DNA of 64,000 bases from Eledone cirrhosa (lineage: Eukaryota). Both the position numbers and the translations under genes were made by a program. Positions 12,962 to 36,635 of this stretch are shown piece by piece (position 1 is the first letter of the stretch; every line of letters starts with the position of its first letter). The DNA is taken from positions 33,520 through 97,519 of the forward strand of contig CAXHJY010001562.1 of NCBI GenBank assembly GCA_964016885.1, in the 5' to 3' direction. The notes under the pieces are model-generated. The model was given only the letters and a program-made list of their open reading frames with translations, had not been told where the DNA came from and did no database searches.

Positions 12962-15900
12962 TATACATGTGTGTGTGTGTGTTAGTGTTCCAGCAATAAG
13001 CTCTGGTAAGACAATGAGGTATTCCATGTAAAAGAAGTCTTCTGTCTGTAGAACCAGACAAGATGGAATCTAATCCAGTTGGTTTCAAACATAAATAAAA
13101 CTGCTTCCAACAAGAAATTAACCAAATTCTCGCATCACTAACACCACTCCCACCCCACCACCACCACCACGCCACTCCCCACCACCACAATCACCACTAT
13201 TATTGCCATACCCCCCCCCAATCCCACCACCGCCACCAATATAGACAACTCACTTCTCTAACATGTTGCTGTTGTTGTTGTAATTCTTATTGTTGTTACA
13301 GTTGTTGTTGTCTCTGTTTTTCTTTACTTTAAATATGTTTGTTTAGTAAATCTTTTCTCCTAACAAAATGTCCGCCTGTCGTATTTGGCACCAGTTTCTG
13401 TTGTTTAGTCACTGGAACAGCCTATATATTAACTTAACATACCAGTGGCTGAGTATTCCACAGACATATTTATCTGTAACCCTTTCCTTACTATATTTAT
13501 AATGAAAGACTCTGACAATGGTTTTTAAATAGTTTTGAAAATAATAAAAAATGTTGAGATATTTAGTAATATAACTAACTTGTTCATAATAAAGATGGTA
13601 TATGGAACATAACTTAACAAAGGTTTGTGATTGAATATTTCACAGCTCTATCATCACTCATTCATAGGCAGACCAAGATTGCCGGATACATTCCAAATAG
13701 GGTAGTTTACCTTACCACCTCAAAACAGGAACCTTTTGTGATATCATTTGGCCCTTTTTTCCATACCGTCAGTCTAGTCTTGTAGCTGTGTCTAGGCCAT
13801 GTTTAACGATCTCTTACTTACTTGTATTTGTGATGATGTTCACCCAGGGTGGGTTGAACTGACTCCATCGAAGGAATTCACAGTGTACGTAAGTTCATTT
13901 CAATGGAGTTCCTTTGGCCGATAGTTTCACAAGCGGTGCCAAACTGCAAGTATATGCTCTTTAGGATAGTGCAGTCCAAGCATTGCATTAGTTATAGCGC
14001 TGAGCTCATGCTCTCACACCCAACTTAATTTGATGGAGCCAGTGCCCTAATGAGGATGCATGAAAAGGAGTTTGGCCAGCATAGTTGATAAAAACAACCT
14101 ATTTGAGCCACTTTGTAGAACTACAGGAGCTCACCCCACTTCCCAGCTCAGGTACGCTGACCCTTGGCACGGTTTAACAACCTCTCTGAGGGTGACACCT
14201 TTCTTTGTTTGTTTCAGAGATAAGAAGCTGGTCCCTGAAACAAGATATTCTGTGTCATCTGACTATGAAGGTTGGATCTTAATGAATGTCACCAATGCTG
14301 CAGACTCGTGGACTATCAGGCCATTTTCAAATATGGGTCTTTACCTGAAGATCACTGACAGCAGCACAGGTGAGACATTTTTAAAAACTATTTATTTATT
14401 TACTTATTTTGTACTTTCTTTCTTTATATTTATTTGGTGTGTGTGTGTGTGGACTGTGTGTGTGGACAGTGTTTGGTGTGTGTGTGTGGACAGTGTATGG
14501 TGTGTGTGTGTGTGTGTGTGGACAGTGTATGGTGTGTGTGTGCGGACAGTGTATGGTGTGTGTGTGTGGACAGTGTGTGTGGACAGTGTATAGTGTGTGT
14601 GTGTGTGTGGACAGCGTATGGTGTGTGTGTGGACAGTCTATGGTGTGTGTGTGGACTGTGTGTGTGGACAGTGTATGGAGTGGGAGGCTGAAGGTGGAGA
14701 ACGTGCTGCAGCATGGCACATCCTAGTTTAGATATTTAACCCCTCCCTGAACAAGAAGAGGGTTATCCTGTTTGGGTATTTACCATCACAACAGTTGAGG
14801 CCTTCTGGCTCCAGTTGTGACAGGAAACCAGCTGTGTGAAGGCTCCGTTTCCTGTTTATTTCTCATTTTCAGAACTTTTATTTTAACTTTTAAAATGTTT
14901 AATTTATTTTTAATTTTTTTTTATTTTTAAATTTCATTTCAATTTCTTAAAATCTCTGTTCCATTTATTGACCCCTATTTTCTTTCTCACCATTTCCTCT
15001 AGGTCAAGAATTAAGACCAAACCATATCGGTATTGTAGGACATAGAGGAGACCCTGAAAAACAAGCATTTCTAGTCTGTTTCTTCAAGATGAGTCGACAG
15101 CTACACGTACGCCGAACACGCTCTGCACGAAGGCAAATGGATTCCCGAACAGCAGTTTCAAACCGTGAAGATTCCCACTGGACATGGAGACGAACACGTT
15201 AGTTCCTCTTTCCTCCCACCATTGTGTTTTTCGGTATATTGTGTGTGGTGTCCTGTAGTTCAGTCTACTGGAGCAACATGAAATGAAGTGTTTTGTTCAA
15301 GAACAGAACTGTTATATAATTAACCAGCCAGGCTGGAATCAAAAGATTAAGAACTCTTGATGTTGTTGTTGTTGTTTCTACCATTTATAACGCAAGAACT
15401 GCTACAATTGTGTCATTTCTTGTCTATTTCCAGGACGTTATGTACGACCAGTTTGCCAACGAAATACAATGTATGTTGACTTTGAAGCTTTAGGTTGGCA
15501 GGTGAGATTTATTTTTCTATGCATTTTAGATCCGAGTAAGAAAGGAACTGCGACCCTAACCATTTTATTTTATATTATATTATATTTTTATTTATTTTAT
15601 TTTTTAATTTTTTATTTTGTATTATTTTTCAAACTTCCCACCCCACTCACCTCCACCTAAATCAGTATTATAGTCAGAATTCTGAGTTCAAAACCTACTA
15701 TGGTTAGCTTTGTTTTTCATCCTTATTGGGTCGATAAAATATAGTACCAGTAATGCACTAGGGTCAATTTAATCGACTTTCTCCTTCCCTTCAAATTGCT
15801 GGCCTTGTGTCTAAACTAGAAACAATTATTATTATTATTACTCCTCTAAGGTCAGCTTTGCCTTTCATCCTTCCGAGGTTGATAAAATAAAGTACCAGTA

Positions 15901-16283
15901 ATACACTGGGGTCGATTTAATCAACTTTCTCCCCTCCACCCAAAATTTCTGGCCTTGTGCCTAAAGTAGAAACAATTATTAATCAACTAATTAAAATATT
16001 TACTTTCTTCTATTTCTACCAGAGTTGGATTATTGCACCCGAGGGTTATTCTGCGTTCTACTGCGACGGAGAGTGCATATTTCCTCTTGGTCTCAACATG
16101 AACGCCACAAACCATGCTATCGTGCAACTGTTACTCCACACTGTGAAGTCTCAGGCAATGCCGAAACCTTGCTGCTCACCTACCAAACTTAGCGCCATAT
16201 CTGTGCTTTATTTTGATGATAACTCTAATGTCATTCTCAAGAAATATCGAGGTATGAAGGTGAAGGCCTGCGGTTGTCACTAG
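4355..16283 (+). CDS. BMP7: Bone morphogenetic protein 5-8 (BMP7/gbb/60A subfamily), 6 coding exons, apparent 1-nt frameshift at ~4612-4620
   Basis: Exons 4355-4777, 10856-11039, 14218-14369, 15003-15197, 15434-15501, 16023-16283, all GT-AG with matching phases. Signal peptide ([13 protein letters not shown]); prodomain motifs [34 protein letters not shown]...[31 protein letters not shown]; furin site RRTR; 7-Cys mature domain [75 protein letters not shown]. Exons sum to 1283 nt, one base short of 428 codons. Confidence 0.95.
4963..5361 (+). mobile_element. Tandem dimer of tRNA-derived SINE family 2 (194-bp period)
   Basis: GGTGGATTGGCAGTATCAGTAGAG..GAGTTCAAATCCCGCCGAGG..GCCTTTCATCCTTACGGGGTCGATAAAATAAAGTACCAG..GGCCTTGTGCCTAAAGTAGAAAC twice; ATTATTGTGTT at 4963, 5157 and 5351. 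Confidence 0.8.
5917..7055. repeat. (GGT)n-based degenerate trinucleotide array in BMP intron 1
   Basis: ~1.1 kb of GGT/GAT/AGT triplets. Confidence 0.95.
8027..8724. repeat. 72-bp minisatellite (~10 copies) derived from the piggyBac MITE interior
   Basis: Unit TATTATGTGAGGTAAAGCCTTTACTGTGAAAATACAATAGTATATATAGAGTAATGTAAATGTTATGTGAGA. Confidence 0.9.
8725..9245 (+). mobile_element. 5'-truncated RTE-clade LINE (RT C-terminus, 3' UTR, (GAT)n tail)
   Basis: ORF 8744-9028 contains [34 protein letters not shown]; tail AACCCATGCTAGCGTGGAAG..GGACGTAAAACG-GTGATGATGA. Confidence 0.8.
9671..9994 (-). mobile_element. CORE-type SINE copy
   Basis: Reverse complement of 22336-22675. Confidence 0.8.
14440..14678. 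repeat. (GT)n-GGACAGT composite minisatellite
   Basis: Direct inspection. Confidence 0.85.
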
Positions 16284-16367
16284 GGTTCCGTTTACCTTAC
16301 CTTACCTTACATTACCTCACCTCAGTTCATACCTCTACATCTTGAAATATCCACCAACATAGCACTG

Positions 16368-16442
<75 letters not shown>

Positions 16443-16631
16443 ACACATCTACATGCTCCCACACATACATATGCTCCCACACACACACACATAGTTTCTC
16501 TTATGCAAACAGGGATTAACTGGTGTAGAAAAGAACAACAGTAACAACAACAACAACAGCAGCAAGAACAAGAACAACAGCAGCAAGAACAACAACAACA
16601 GCAACAACAACAACAACAACTATTGTATATA

Positions 16632-16637
16632 AATAAA
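16632..16637 (+). terminator. Candidate polyadenylation signal (AATAAA) of BMP5-8
   Basis: AATAAA ~350 nt after the stop codon, followed by T-rich downstream sequence. Confidence 0.5.
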
Positions 16638-17316
16638 GATTATCTTTTTTTCCTTCTACTTTTATCTTTCTTTATATTTTTGTGTTTTTAACTCTTTTAT
16701 TATTAAAAGTCTAAAGTCTGTCACGAGCCCGGATGTTCATTAGACCGGTGCTTATCCCTTATTTGTGGCATGAAGTGACTAAGAGTACAAGACTTCCCCT
16801 GGACAGGACACCAGTCCACCGCAGGGTTAAATCCCCAGCTACTACTGCTACTCATTTTCAGCTAAGTATACTTGGACTAGCTGTTGAAACAACAAGAGCT
16901 CAGTCATCAGGTTCCGACTCTAAGAGTACAAGACTTCCCCTGGACAGGACACCAGTCCACCGCAGGGTTAAATCCCCAGCTACTACTGCTACTCATGTGT
17001 CACACCTCATGTGTCACAACTCATGTGTCACACCTCTATTTAAAAAAATAGAGGTGTGACACATGAGTTGTGATATATTAGTAAAAGGAAAAGAAAATGC
17101 TGACAAATTTTTCCCAGTGAAAAATAGTTTAATTAGGAATGAGTATAAATTAGTAATAAGTATTGATTAGTATTCAGTTTAAGTTTTAAGTTTTTACTGG
17201 TTGCGCATTTCTAATGCTTTTCAAAAATAATTTTGAGATAGAGCACTCGTGATGTTTGCTCTAATCTAGAGCAAAATTATAAATATATATAGTAATAATA
17301 ATTATTATTTTAATAA

Positions 17317-17371
<55 letters not shown>

Positions 17372-17373
17372 TA

Positions 17374-17424
<51 letters not shown>

Positions 17425-17504
17425 TATATATATATATATATATAGTATATATATATATATATATAGTATATATATATATAATATATAAGCTGACCTTATA
17501 TATA

Positions 17505-17914
17505 AGCCGACCTTACCCAATTACACCTCTCAAAGGCGATGACACACGACCGTGACCTCTGGCGTCACGCAGTAATACAGAGTACCCGACCTCCCATGGG
17601 TACAAGCTGAAGCATATAGACAATATGCCCCCACACCCTCCCACTGCAAGGTGGTCGTGGAGGTGCCATGCCAAAAAAGCACCCAGCCCACACTGTAAAG
17701 TGGACGTGTAGGCGCCACGAAAAAGCACCCAGCACACACTGTAAATGAGGTTGGTGTTAGGAAAGGCATCCAGCTGTAGAAATCAAGCCAAATCAGTTCC
17801 TGTATGAGCAAGGCATGGTCAGCCGACCAGACACTGCCCACAACAAGACAACCCGTCTAACCCATGCTAGCATGGAAGAACGGACGTAAAACGGTGATGA
17901 TGATGATGATGATG

Positions 17915-17915
<1 letters not shown>
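17505..17915 (+). mobile_element. Second 3' fragment of the same RTE LINE
   Basis: Near-identical to 8921-9245; ends in (GAT)n. Confidence 0.8.
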
Positions 17916-17985
<70 letters not shown>

Positions 17986-18043
17986 TTTATAAATAACAAT
18001 CAAAGAGTGTTTAAAACATTTAACAATTTGCGATCGTTTCATC

Positions 18044-18345
18044 CTAGCACAATCTTGCTCGGGGTCTACCCCTGGGTCTCCTTCCGGTTGATTTTGTCCA
18101 TAAAATCTGACCAGCAAGTCTTTCCTGAGACATTCTAACCACATGTCCATAGTATCGGAGCTGTGATCTCTCAATTTGGAGAAGTAGCGGCTCTATCTGG
18201 AGTGACTCTCTGTTCTCTGAGTTACACATTCTAACGAGTAATGTTACTCTTCAAAGACCCTTCAGAGGAACCTCATTTTCGTTGCTTGTATTTGTGATCA
18301 TATTCTTTCGGTCATTGCCCAAGATTCAGGACTATAGTTAAGGGT
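18044..18345 (-). mobile_element. Expander/Rex3-like RTE LINE fragment (others at 22975-23140, 45345-45495, 54410-54545, 55090-55560, 60880-61250)
   Basis: IEPLLLQIERSQLRYYGHVVRM..GRRPRGRPR; plus-strand copies end in GAAGAAGAA tails. Confidence 0.75.
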
Positions 18346-18532
18346 TGACACACATACTAAATTGACAATAGAAAACCTAAAAATATATTAAATCTTAAGA
18401 AGCAGGAAAGAGTACAGGAATCTAATATCATCAATGGAGGCGTCTTGTTCGATATGTCAAAAAGAGGTAAACGAAAACTCCATAAGGTGCACACAGTATA
18501 ATCTATGGACCCACAAGATGTGCAGAAGGACT

Positions 18533-18701
18533 AAGGTGAGTTAACGAAGATAAACTTGGTATAGAGCACAGTAAGATTACAGGTGAGTTAACGAAGATAA
18601 ACTTGGTATAGAGCACAGTAAGATTACAGGTGAGTTAACGAAGAAGATAAACTTGGTATATAACACAGTAAGATTACAGGTAGATTAATGAAGAAGATAA
18701 A
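18533..18701. repeat. 47-bp tandem repeat (~3.5 copies)
   Basis: AGGTGAGTTAACGAAGATAAACTTGGTATAGAGCACAGTAAGATTAC. Confidence 0.85.
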
Positions 18702-18779
18702 CTCTTAGTAGTTACCTGTTTTGGGCATCTGTTGCTTACAGGTAAGCAACAGATGCCCAAAACAGGTAACTACTAAGAG
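18702..18779. repeat. Perfect 38-bp-arm palindrome with a 2-nt spacer
   Basis: CTCTTAGTAGTTACCTGTTTTGGGCATCTGTTGCTTAC-AG-GTAAGCAACAGATGCCCAAAACAGGTAACTACTAAGAG. Confidence 0.9.
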
Positions 18780-18909
18780 CACATATAACATAAACACCCT
18801 CAATTGCCCTGGAAGCTCTCTAGTTGTTGGCAGCTTTTGACATGTGATGAGTATAGAAGATAAGAGCTGTATATAAAACTGCAGGGAAATTTCAGTGGAT
18901 GGGATCTAG

Positions 18910-19395
<486 letters not shown>

Positions 19396-19501
19396 TATTG
19401 TTATATTTGTTTCAACACACAATTTCATATCAAAAACCTTGCAAAACAAATTTAAGCTATTTTATTCGCAAGAGTTTGAAATTATTGATTAACATATAAA
19501 C

Positions 19502-19674
19502 CAGAGGTCCCCAGCCACCAATCTGTGGATCGGTTCCGGTCTGTGGATCATTTGCTACAGGGCCGCAGAAAAATAATAATGCCCTTAAATAACAGATATG
19601 TGCAACTACTGGTCTGTGGAAAGATTGTCCGGCATGAAGCCGGACAGTGGTATAAAAAAAATTGGAGACCATTG
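19502..19674. mobile_element. hAT/Charlie (MER1-like) non-autonomous element, degenerate
   Basis: CAGAGGTCCCCAGCC ... CGGTTCCGGTCTGTGG ... AAAAAATTGGAGACCATTG termini. Confidence 0.55.
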
Positions 19675-21049
19675 ATAAAAAAAATCTTGTTAACGCTTTC
19701 TATGGAGGTTTTTACAGAGTTCACTTTATTTGATTGACACCGGCAAAGACTTTACGTTTGCGTGTGTTTACAAATTCTTCTTTCTGATAGTTCAAACGAT
19801 TTTAATATGATTATGTCTACGATCAGTACTCAATAAGGTAGATTTATGTGTATATGTTAATATTTAATTTATTTTATTACCTCAAAACATCTATTTAATC
19901 TGTATATACATCGTTATCATGTTTACACTGTGTGGTAGTATTGTTATCTCGTGTCTTTCTGATTAACCGTCACGCCCATTAATCAAAGCACTGGCTGACT
20001 CCCGTTTATTTCCTACCTTGTCCTGCCCTGCCCTGCCCTGCCCTGCCGTACCCTCCGGTGGCCAACTAGACTCCGTTCGTAACACACATCTATAGAATTA
20101 TTTCTTTTAACTGCGGTGTTGCGTATATTTGACTGTATGTATATATGTATGTTATTGTACATTAGTGTGTGTGTGTGTTTGAGAGAGTGAGTGTGTGTTT
20201 ATATATGTTAGTGTGTGTATATGTTAATGTACGTTCGTGTATTTTCGTATGTTTATATATGTTTGATTGTGTTTGTGTGTGTTAATGTATGTGTATGTTT
20301 GATAATGTGTGTCTGTTGGTGCGATCGTACGATCATATATGTGACAATGTATGTGTGTATTAACATGTTTGTACCCACCACACACGCACACATACACACA
20401 CACACGCACACACACACACAGCATCAACAGTACAGAGAAAGAAATAATTTCTGCCTTGGATTTATTTTAATTAATTTATTTCTATGACAAATCATATGTA
20501 TTATATAAATATTTATTATTATAAAATATAAATTGATTTTAATAATATTTTACGCCATCCAACATACTGGTAGCTTTGCTGTAGGTGATAGCGAGGCTAA
20601 GACACTGAAATAACCAAGCACCGTCACCAGGATCATCATTTGATACCTAGGTAAGGCGAGCTGGTAACAATTACATGTACTTGGCTGCCAGTTGTCCAGT
20701 GGTCCACCTCCCAGAAATGTCTCGAATGCAACAGGCTGAAGAAAAATAGTTTGTCGACAATTACTGGTATTTTAAACATGTTATTCCATTCGGCTACAGA
20801 TGCAGTGACCCTCACCTTTACCGAAACATCCTGGACGTGAGATGGAACGAAATAGTCGTAACCTGTGAAGCCCTAAATGAGATATCTACCTTTTCTTACC
20901 CAGGAGACAGACGGTAAGAACACCTGGCCTCTCCCCACCAACCAAACCCCGGACATTAACAATTACGGAAGATTTAGTCGCTCGTTATTTGTTGACATTC
21001 CTTATCACCGCCGCCCTGAACGGAGATGCTTATGTGGTCTTGTCTGCAC

Positions 21050-21580
21050 AGCCACCTCTCACCACATGGCCATGCCACCACCTCTAACTACATGGCAGTG
21101 CCACCAACTGTAACCACACCTCCACCTCACACCACACCACCATGCCACCACCTCTAACCACATGGCAGTGCCACCACCTCTAACCACACCTCCACCTCTA
21201 ACCACACCTCCACCTCACACCACACCACCATGCCACCACCTCTCACCACATGGCAGTGCCACCAACTGTAACCACACCTCCACCTCACACCACACCACCA
21301 TGCCACCACCTCTAACCACATGGCAGTGCCACCACCTCTAACCACACCTCCACCTCACACCACACCACCATGCCGCCACCTCTAACCACACCACCATGCC
21401 ACCACCTCTAACCTCACCTCCACCTCACACCACACCACCATGCCACCACCTCTAACCACATGGCAGTGCCACCACCTCTAACCACACCTCCACCTCACAC
21501 CACACCACCATGCCACCATCTCTAACCACACCACCATGCCACCACCTCTAACCACATGGCCATGCCACCACCTCTAACCA
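21050..21580. repeat. CCAC-rich composite minisatellite
   Basis: Shuffled subunits ATGCCACCACCTCTAACCAC, ATGGCAGTG and ACCTCCACCTCACACCAC. Confidence 0.85.
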
Positions 21581-21621
21581 ATTTCTACTTTGATTTCAGA
21601 TTCAGATTCAGTTAAGGGAAT

Positions 21622-31026
<9,405 letters not shown>

Positions 31027-32101
31027 GGGCCAATTTAATATTTAAGGGGGAATGGTGGATGCAGCGGGAGGGGAATCGCTATGTAAAAAATCGATATTTA
31101 TAATAAATATTTAATGAATTATTATTTCTAATAGGTTTAGAATTTAAGAGGGAAAAAAAAAAACCAATCACTGTATCAAAATCGATATTTATAATAAATA
31201 TTTAATGAATCAATCATTATTTTGAACAGGTTTAGCATTTAAGGGGGAGAGAAAAACAAACCAATCACTGTATCAAAATCGATGTTTATAATAAATATTT
31301 AATTTATCATCATTACTTATTGGTGTTATTGATTATATATGTATTGATTTGTGTACAAAGAAATAAGATAAAAGGTGTTTCTGCCAGATTCCTTATAGGA
31401 AGTGAATATATTCTTCTGGGTGGCTAACAATGACGGTGTGAATGGGACATGTATTTGTGTGTCTGTGAAGAGGGGGCAGGGGTAGACATGTGGTGTATGT
31501 CTGTGACGAGGGGGCAGGGATAGACATGTGGCGTATGTCTGGTGAATGTAGACATGTGGTGAATGTAGACATGTAGTGAATGTAGAGATGGAGTGAATGT
31601 AGAGATGGAGTGAATGTAGACATGTAGTGAATGTAGACATTCGTGAATGTCTGTGGTGGGGTAGACATGTGGTGTATGTCTGGTGAATGTAGACATGTGG
31701 TGAATGTAGACATGTGGTCAATGCAGGCATGTAGTGAAAGTCTAACAACAACAACAACAATACTAATAATAACAGCATTCCATCAAGGAGTGCCATGTTT
31801 ATTCATATTTCAAGTATCAAAAAATAAAGAAGGAATTTTAATTTCGAAAACAACCAATATTTTTACTTTTTGGTATTTTTTTTGTTAAAGAACTGACAAA
31901 AAAATGTTTTCCATTTTTTTTTCGTTTTTCTTAATTTACTGTACTATTTCGGGTCTAAAACTCGCAAATTTCTGTAGGTAGGGACAACAGGGGTGAGGTT
32001 TATGTCATTCTCAAGACTCCCTTAATGACCGACAATAAAGACTGATTTGTGAATTTGGTTATTAAAGCAGAATCTTAACTCACTCCTAATTCATCCCTTA
32101 T

Positions 32102-32314
32102 TTAACCCTTTAGCATTTAAACCGGACATATCCGGCCAGAATTCTCTCACCTCTTTCTGTTCAAACCAGCTGTAACTGGCTGCTCATACTTATGTTACAG
32201 TATTGTTCTCAAAATAAATATCAAAATCTCATAAATTCGATATTATGTTAGGTAAAGCCTTTACTGTGAATATGCAATAGTATATATAGAGTAATGTAAA
32301 AACTAAAGGGTTAA
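32102..32314. mobile_element. piggyBac-type MITE
   Basis: TTAA-CCCTTTAG ... CTAAAGGG-TTAA termini; copies at ~39950-40173 and ~7897-8724. Confidence 0.8.
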
Positions 32315-32809
32315 ACATCACCCACTACTTTGAAATGGAAGATATCACATTAAATTCTTCATGATAAAAAAAATATATATTATATTATATTATATTATTA
32401 AAAAATGGTTCACCATTTTGTATGTTTTTGCTAAATTTTTCTTTCAGTTCTTCTGATTATTAATTAATTAATTAATAATTTAATTACATAATTAATTGGT
32501 TGTATATCCTTCTTTGATTAACAGTTTCTCAAAACAAGCCCCCCCCCCCCCCCCAAAAAAAAAAAACAAGGACAAGAAAAATTACTGAAACATGGTTCCA
32601 AACAAAAGAGAGAGAGCTCTGCACTTCCTCCCCGACCCCACCCCAAATTCCAACACACCCCACCCTATCCCACCCTTATCCCTGTCCATTTTGTATGTCT
32701 TCACAGCAACCCACCTACAGTTTGTCTATAAAATAGATGAAAGTCTTGGGTATGGTTTTATATTTATATCATATATATATATATATATATACAAACATAT
32801 TTATACATA

Positions 32810-32843
<34 letters not shown>

Positions 32844-32860
32844 CAAACATATATTTATAC

Positions 32861-32891
<31 letters not shown>

Positions 32892-32925
32892 AACATATTT
32901 ATACATATATATGTATATATATATG

Positions 32926-32961
<36 letters not shown>

Positions 32962-33142
32962 TTGAGGAAGATAGAAATATTACTTAAATGTATAAAAATT
33001 GAAGGACTCCCTCCCACATTCACGCTAAACTCCACCCCACTCTCAAAAAACAAAACAAAACAAAAACAAAAAAATAAAACCCAACCCCAAATTAAAATAA
33101 AACCACTGGAAAAAAAAAAAAAATGTTTTTTTTTTTACCCCC

Positions 33143-35390
33143 CTAACCACATTTAATCATAATCTTCACGGCGCCATCTTTCATGGTGCGGGCATGCTCA
33201 AAGGCTTTTTGACTCTCTTCCAGTTTGTATCTGTGTGTAATTAAGGGTCTTGCATTAACTTGACCTGAAGCTATCATTGACAAGGCAATAGGGTAACTGG
33301 AAATAAATAAAAAATATTTTAAATATAAATTATGGCCAGCAATTTTTGGGGAGGGGAAAGTCGATTAAATCGGTCCAGTGCGTGACTGGTACTTTATTTT
33401 ATCGACCCCGTAAGAATCAAAGGCAAAGTTAACCTCGGCAGGATTTGAACTCATATTATAAAGGGCCGTAACTCTATGCTGCAAAGCATGGTGTCCAACC
33501 CTCTACCGATACTGCCAATCCAATGCCCTTTTAAAATATAAATAATTGTTTCTACTTTAGGCAAAAGGCCAGCAATTACCCAGTGCATTACTGGTACTTT
33601 ATTTTATCGACCCCGTAAGGATGAAAGGCAAAGTCAACTTCGGCGGGATTTGAACTCAGATCGTAAAGGGCCGTAACTCTATGCTGCAAAGCATGGTGTC
33701 CAACCCTCTACCGATACTGCCAATCCAATGCCCTTTTAAAATATAAATAATGAAATAATATTGTCTCTGATCGAGACGAAGTGAGAGTGTAATTGGTTGA
33801 ATATATATAAAAATTAGAAAACTCATCTCTAGAACAGCCATTAAGACAGTTAAATGCTGGGAAAAAATGCCTCAGAGGACCGAGACCAGCGGCCAGTTGT
33901 GCTGCTGGTCTCGGTCCTCTCAGACATTTTTTCCAAGCGCTGATTTTGACAGTATTTAGCTTCTTTAACAGCTGTTCTAGAGATGAGTTTTCTTATTTTT
34001 ATATGTAATCAATCATATAATAAAATATTACAAAATAAATCCACGTAAAATGTAAAAAAAATTTTTTAAATAATAATAAATTCATTTATATCAACAGTAA
34101 TAAATATTTCATGGTTAAAATTTCATCTATAATCACTGCCTGTAGCAGTAGAGATTTCTGGGGTCTTTGGCCCTAGGGCCACCTCCCTACTCACCACCAT
34201 CAGCTTCTGGTGTCCTTGGCCCTAGGACCACCTCCCTACTCACCACTTTCAGCACAGAGTAAGCTACCTGTAGCAGTGGAGTCTTCTGGTGTCTTTGGCC
34301 CTAGGGCCACTTCCCTACTCACCACCATTGGCTACCCACAGATGTGAGCCTTGCGAGCTGGAATGGCTGCTCATCCAACGTGTCTCACCCACCAGCCTCT
34401 GGGGAAATGCCTTCACTATTCTGTCCGCCAGGGCTGCGGGGTGGCCACAAAAATTAGAATATACAGCACCCTACACTCCCAATTTTACATATCCAAGCTT
34501 GGTGCTAGTAATTGGATTGAAAAGTTATACATACAGGTACTAAATTCAAAAACTCTAACCATCCTGAGCCCAGCTGCGGGCACAAATAAATTGCTATGGC
34601 CTTGGCTCATATGTCAATACAGCGCCCCCTATAACTCCCTCAGGAGTTATGGGCCTTCTTTCTTTTAATTCGGCCATGTTACATTCAACACTTACCAGTT
34701 TGTATATCTGAAAACTCCCCTAACATCTACTTCCCGGACTGCGGCATTCAACAAGGGAACTGTAACTTCATCCGGCTGCATGCCAACCATCACAACACAT
34801 CCGCCACTGGCTGTTGCCTGACAACAAATAGAAAATAAAACACACATAAACAACACCACCAACAACTACAACAACAAACATCTCCAGGCCATTTAATCTA
34901 TATTACAATAACAGCTCTGTCTGTCTGTTCATCCTTCCTGCAGTTTCAACAGCTAGTTCCAGGTTAGCTTTAACTTATATGTAGTTGCTGTTAGGAAGGG
35001 CATCCAGCTGTAAAATTGTAAAATCCCTGGATAAATTTACAGTCCTTGTGGGGCAAGGTACGATGTGGCCAACTCTGGACAGACTTGACTCCCAACGTGG
35101 ACAACTTGTCTAACCCATGCTAGCATTGAAAAATGGACGTTAAATATTGATGATGATGATGATGATGTGTGTGTACATATATATATACATACAAATATGT
35201 GTGTGTATACGTATATATCTCTCTTTTTGTCTCTATATGTATGTGTATATATATATATATATATATACACATACATATAGAGACAAAAAGAGAGATATAT
35301 ACGTATACACACACATATTTGAGGCAAATTGAAGGCTATTTCCAGCAGGTCACATGACTGCATAGATACTCCCACCCACACATACGTTGG

Positions 35391-35421
<31 letters not shown>

Positions 35422-36598
35422 CAGCAGCAGTAGTAGTGTGTATATATATATATATATATATACACAAGTATGTATGTATTAAATGTATATACAAACATAT
35501 GTATGTATGTATATATAAATTTTATACACGTACGTCTATAGAATGTTTTACTTACACTCACACAATAAATTTTATACATGCGTGTTATACATTATATAAA
35601 CTTTATATACATATGTGTTATTCTCCGATTCCTTTACTGGTTTCCAATCAATAGACCATGACCATGCTGGGGCACCAAGTTCAATAAGTTAACAGAAACA
35701 AATATTATAGTAACGTACCAAAATAGATGTTTTCAAGCCTGCAGGGTTACCACTACACTCAAGTGAGACATTAGGGCTTTCTCCAAGCAAGTTCTCAATC
35801 TGAGATGCTAGTTCTTTAGAAGTCCCCGCTCTCACCGAGAGAACATGATCAACCCCCATCTTTTTGGCAAATTCCAGGCGCTGGTTGTCAACATCTGCAA
35901 ACAAACAAAGGACAAGAAGAATAAAAGAAGTTTGTACTTGTAACTGTATATACTCGAATATAAGCCGGGGAATATTTGACCAAAAAATGGGGGTAGACTT
36001 ATATTCAGGGTCAAAATTTTGAGGATTTTCACCAATTTCAAATTTTATGTAAATAAGGTTTGTTTTTTTTTGCATATTTCAACTTATATCCAAGTATATA
36101 TGGTAAGTACTTTTGTATATACACGAATATAAGCCGAGGAATATGTGACCAAAAACATCATCCCCTCCCCCTCCCCCCTAACCATTCGTTACTTTTTAAC
36201 TCACCTGTCATGCATACTTTAGTTGCTCCCATTGCTTTTGCTGTTAGAAAACAACAAAGTCCAATAGGACCTGAAAAAGATAAAGAAGAAAAAATAGAGC
36301 TTGATAAAATATGTACTAAATATGGAAAAAACAAACAAAAAAGAACTGGTGTCTGTATGATTGACTAACATAAATTATAGGAATGGTATCTAAAACTTAT
36401 CTAATTAGTGATTAAAGGAATCCAGCTTCTATACATCTCGACAGAGGCAAGGGAGTATGTGGTCTTGATAAATGCTAACAAGCGAGAAACAGACTGTCGA
36501 TCACTCTTCTTTGTTTTTGCCGAGAATAAGTAAGTGACATAGTCTTCAAAATATTTTTAATCAAACATACAGTATATTGCCAAATATACTATACATAC

Positions 36599-36635
<37 letters not shown>

